Shown piece by piece: positions 61,011 through 64,000 of a stretch of DNA of 64,000 bases (the first letter of the stretch is position 1; every line of letters starts with the position of its first letter). Under the pieces are notes generated by a model. The model had not been told where the DNA came from. It saw only the letters and a program-made list of their open reading frames with translations, and ran no database searches. The position numbers and the translations under genes were made by a program. Source of the DNA: an uncultured Dictyoglomota bacterium (GTDB lineage Bacteria; Dictyoglomota; Dictyoglomia; Dictyoglomales; Dictyoglomaceae); contig CAZZIO010000040.1 of assembly GCA_964654465.1 (NCBI GenBank), positions 1-64,000 of the forward strand, written 5' to 3'.

Positions 61011-61792
61011 TAAAATTTTTAAATGTAAGTGCTGGCTACGAAACCAAGAAAATAGTATTAAAGAATTTTACCTGGGAAACACCCGAAAAGGGTTTTATAG
61101 GAATAATTGGCCCTAATGGGGCTGGAAAAAGTACTATTTTTAGATTAATTATAAGGTATATTGTACCTACTTTAGGTGAGATATATTTAAATAATATCAA
61201 TATTAAAAAATATTCACAGGAAAATTTAGCAAAAATTATAGCTCTTCTTCCTCAAAAGCCTATATGGGAACCCTCTTTATCAGTAGAAGAATATATATCC
61301 TTAGGTAGGTATCCTCATCATCCCTCATGGAGACCATTAAGTAAAAAAGATATTATAAGAGTAAATGAAATCATGATATCAACAGATACCATAATGCTTA
61401 AAAAGAAAAAATTACATCAACTTTCGGGAGGAGAATTACAAAGGGTTATTATCGCAAGAATATTAGCCCAAGACCCTCAAATTATCCTTCTAGATGAACC
61501 TACAAATAACTTAGATCCATATTATCAAATAAGCATCTTAGATAAGATTAGAGAATTAAGCAAAGAAATACTTATTATAGCTAACCTACATGACATAAAC
61601 TTAGCCTCTTTTTATACAGACTATATCTTAGCTTTAAGAAATGGTATGGCTCTATCCTTCGGGAAGACAAAAGAAGTATTAAATTGTAATCTTTTAAATC
61701 AACTCTTTAACATAAGATATACAGAAATAAATTATAAAAATAAAAAAATATTTTTACCTTTTCACATTACCAATCAGGAAGAGAAATCTTAG
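61007..61792 (+). CDS. ABC transporter ATP-binding subunit (BtuD/FhuC-like)
   Basis: GPNGAGKST, LSGGE, LLDEPT, H-loop; ATGA overlap with the permease stop. Confidence 0.9.
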   Translation: MIKFLNVSAGYETKKIVLKNFTWETPEKGFIGIIGPNGAGKSTIFRLIIRYIVPTLGEIYLNNINIKKYSQENLAKIIALLPQKPIWEPSLSVEEYISLGRYPHHPSWRPLSKKDIIRVNEIMISTDTIMLKKKKLHQLSGGELQRVIIARILAQDPQIILLDEPTNNLDPYYQISILDKIRELSKEILIIANLHDINLASFYTDYILALRNGMALSFGKTKEVLNCNLLNQLFNIRYTEINYKNKKIFLPFHITNQEEKS

Positions 61793-62357
61793 AAAGCCTT
61801 CTATCTATAAGCCAGATTCGTATTATAAGGGCAAGTATACCCCCAAATATCACTTGGGAGAACGTTAGAAGATAAAAGAAAGAAAGAACAACTAAAAAAA
61901 TCTTCGTTTCATTTTTTTTTGAAGCAAAAATGAAATGTTTACTTAGAGTAATCTCTCCCTTTACACTACCTGGATATTCTCTGTATATCCAAATATTACT
62001 TAAAAATCCAGGAATATCTAAATAAAAGAAATATAAAGATAGAGTAAATCCTACAATAACCTCATAGATCTCTTTACTGAAACCTTTTTGAGTTGTAAGA
62101 TACCATACAAAAAGTACATATATTATAAGAAACAAATTAAGAAACCAAAATATTAGTCCTCTCTTTTTGGGTGTTTCTTTTTCTTTCTTCTCATCCTTTC
62201 TCCAAGGGGGGACACTCTCTCCTACTCCTTCTACTTTTATATATTTCTTAGCATCCTCTTCATAAGACATACTTTCCCTTTTTTCCAGTATATCATGAAA
62301 TATAATCATAAATAAGACTGCCAAAGGAATAAACCATGGTTCATAAATAAGTCCCAT
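61767..62357 (-). CDS. Hypothetical membrane protein
   Basis: Several hydrophobic segments; AAGGAGGT RBS; starts 3 nt after the rpe stop. Confidence 0.7.
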   Translation of the reverse strand: MGLIYEPWFIPLAVLFMIIFHDILEKRESMSYEEDAKKYIKVEGVGESVPPWRKDEKKEKETPKKRGLIFWFLNLFLIIYVLFVWYLTTQKGFSKEIYEVIVGFTLSLYFFYLDIPGFLSNIWIYREYPGSVKGEITLSKHFIFASKKNETKIFLVVLSFFYLLTFSQVIFGGILALIIRIWLIDRRLSKISLPDW

Positions 62358-62360
62358 TTA

Positions 62361-63023
62361 TTATACCTCCTTATAAGTGAGAGTCTTCATTCTTAAAATA
62401 ACATTTTTAGGATCTTCCGAACCAAAAATTCCTTGCCCACTAATCAATATGTTTGCCCCAGCGCTAACCACCAAAGGAGCAGTTTTTAAATCAATACCCC
62501 CATCTACCATTATATCTAAATTTATCCCCTCCTTAATAGCTCTTTCTCTTAGATCCCTTATTTTTTTAAGACAAAAAGGTAAAAATTCCTGCCCCCCATA
62601 ACCAGGATTTACAGTCATAAGTAGAACTAAATCCACCTCTCCAAGAAGATAATCCAAAGTAGACAGAGGAGTTGCTGGATTTAAGGTTATAAAAGGACGA
62701 ACTTTATGCTCTCTTATATATTTTAATAATCTTTGAGGATGATAGGTATTTTCAATATGAAATCCTAAATGATCAGCTCCAGATTCTATAAACATATCTA
62801 CAAAAAGTTCTGGCTTTTCAACCATAAGATGTACATTAAGAAGTAAATTAAATCTCTTTTTTATCGCCTTCACTAAAGATGGACCATAACTTAGATTAGG
62901 GACAAAATGTCCATCCATAATATCAACGTGTAATGCATCAGAATATTCCTCGACAAGTCTTATAGATTTTTCCATATTTAAAAGATCAGCTGAAAGAATT
63001 GAAGGAAAAACTTGGACTTTCAT
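62361..63023 (-). CDS. rpe: Ribulose-phosphate 3-epimerase
   Basis: PSILSAD, HVDIMDGHFVPN, MTVNPGYGGQ, VDGG; start reset to ATG 63023. Confidence 0.96.
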   Translation of the reverse strand: MKVQVFPSILSADLLNMEKSIRLVEEYSDALHVDIMDGHFVPNLSYGPSLVKAIKKRFNLLLNVHLMVEKPELFVDMFIESGADHLGFHIENTYHPQRLLKYIREHKVRPFITLNPATPLSTLDYLLGEVDLVLLMTVNPGYGGQEFLPFCLKKIRDLRERAIKEGINLDIMVDGGIDLKTAPLVVSAGANILISGQGIFGSEDPKNVILRMKTLTYKEV

Positions 63024-63024
63024 T

Positions 63025-63570
63025 TTACTCTTCCTCAGAAGTATATGTAGATTCAGGAGTATTTCCATAAGAAGACGTGGTAAAGGTATATAAAAGAACC
63101 GTTCCACCCTTTTCCATATATATATTAGCTTGAGGGACTTGTTTTACCACATATCCCTCCTTATTTCCAGCAAAATCAACCACAAAACCTGCCCTCTCAA
63201 GAATATTCAAAGCCTCTCCCATATCTTTATACCTAACATCTGGAACTTTAGCAAAAGAGGCAGGCATATTTATCCATAAAATTATACTACTTCCTATTGG
63301 AACCTTAGTAGTCAATGGATTCTGATCTAAAACCAATAAAAAATCTTTTTTTCTATCCATTAATATACCACCAATCACAATTTTAAAGTTTTTTTCCGAT
63401 AATATCTTAGAAGCTTCCATAATATTTTTTCCTCTTACATCAGGAGGAACAACAGATTCTACATTTGAAGATACAGTATTCTTAAAAAGGATTATAAAAA
63501 GGATAAAGATTAATAGATTTATTCCTATAAGGATATAAAGTATAAGTTCCTTAATTGAAATTTTTTTCAT
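63025..63570 (-). CDS. Membrane-anchored PASTA-domain protein
   Basis: N-terminal TM helix and two PASTA-like repeats (PDVRG...QNP; VPDVR...KQVP). Confidence 0.75.
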   Translation of the reverse strand: MKKISIKELILYILIGINLLIFILFIILFKNTVSSNVESVVPPDVRGKNIMEASKILSEKNFKIVIGGILMDRKKDFLLVLDQNPLTTKVPIGSSIILWINMPASFAKVPDVRYKDMGEALNILERAGFVVDFAGNKEGYVVKQVPQANIYMEKGGTVLLYTFTTSSYGNTPESTYTSEEE

Positions 63571-64000
63571 AATTCATCCCCCTCATAATTAAATAAGTTG
63601 CTCTTAATTGGCCACATCCAGCCCTAATTTTACTTCCATAAGAAATTCTCAATGTATTATTTATACCATTCTTATCTAAAATCTCTTTAAACTTCCTAAT
63701 AGAATAAATATCAGAAGGTTCCCATGGATATTCCTTTACTTTATTCCAAGGAATTAAATTCACATGAGCAGGTTTACCCTTAAGAAGTATAGATAGTTTA
63801 TCTGCATGTTCAATTCTATCATTAAAATCTTTTATAAGCACATATTCAAAAGTTATTCTTCTTTTTGTAACATTTGCATAAAACCAAGCACTTTCTAATA
63901 ACTCTTCTATGGGATATTTCTTATTAATGGGAATTATTTGATTTCTCAATTCATTGTCAGGAGCATGTAAAGAAATAGCAAGCCTTACTTTAACTTTTTC
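63551..64000 (-). CDS. rlmN: Radical SAM RNA methyltransferase RlmN, 3' part (starts outside window)
   Basis: LAISLHAPDNELR, RRITFEYVLI..FND, VNLIPWN, AGCGQL. Confidence 0.92.
   Translation of the reverse strand, partial: EKVKVRLAISLHAPDNELRNQIIPINKKYPIEELLESAWFYANVTKRRITFEYVLIKDFNDRIEHADKLSILLKGKPAHVNLIPWNKVKEYPWEPSDIYSIRKFKEILDKNGINNTLRISYGSKIRAGCGQLRATYLIMRGMNYEKNFN

Overview
AT-rich, densely packed core-genome window from a thermophilic bacterium, most likely Dictyoglomus-like. This is an inference from gene content and the resemblance, from memory, of the 346-aa PPi-PFK to the Dictyoglomus enzyme; no search was run. The window holds a Thr-Tyr-fMet-Thr tRNA cluster leading into tuf, then rpsA, serS, class II ribonucleotide reductase, an O-antigen-ligase/TPR protein, and both PPi- and ATP-type phosphofructokinases. 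A ~27 kb minus-strand run follows (speD-like, speB, wecB, comF, hpf, secA, frameshifted prfB, csaB, tagA, mreBCD, pbp2, minCDE, pcrA, two tRNA-Pro, speE, pcm, udg, dnaE, accDA, pfkA). After that come a pur operon, eno, a PRT/NUDIX-GT4/nucleotidyltransferase-PMM cluster, hppA, type-2 ileS, a Btu-like ABC transporter, rpe, a PASTA-only protein and the 3' part of rlmN. I saw no mobile element, prophage or CRISPR array. The strongest non-obvious signal is a tandem guanine plus ykkC-type (PRPP-like) riboswitch before purB, with mutually exclusive helices and one terminator. The best candidates for undescribed biology are the NUDIX-glycosyltransferase fusion operon and the divergent SpeD-like decarboxylase coupled to agmatinase.
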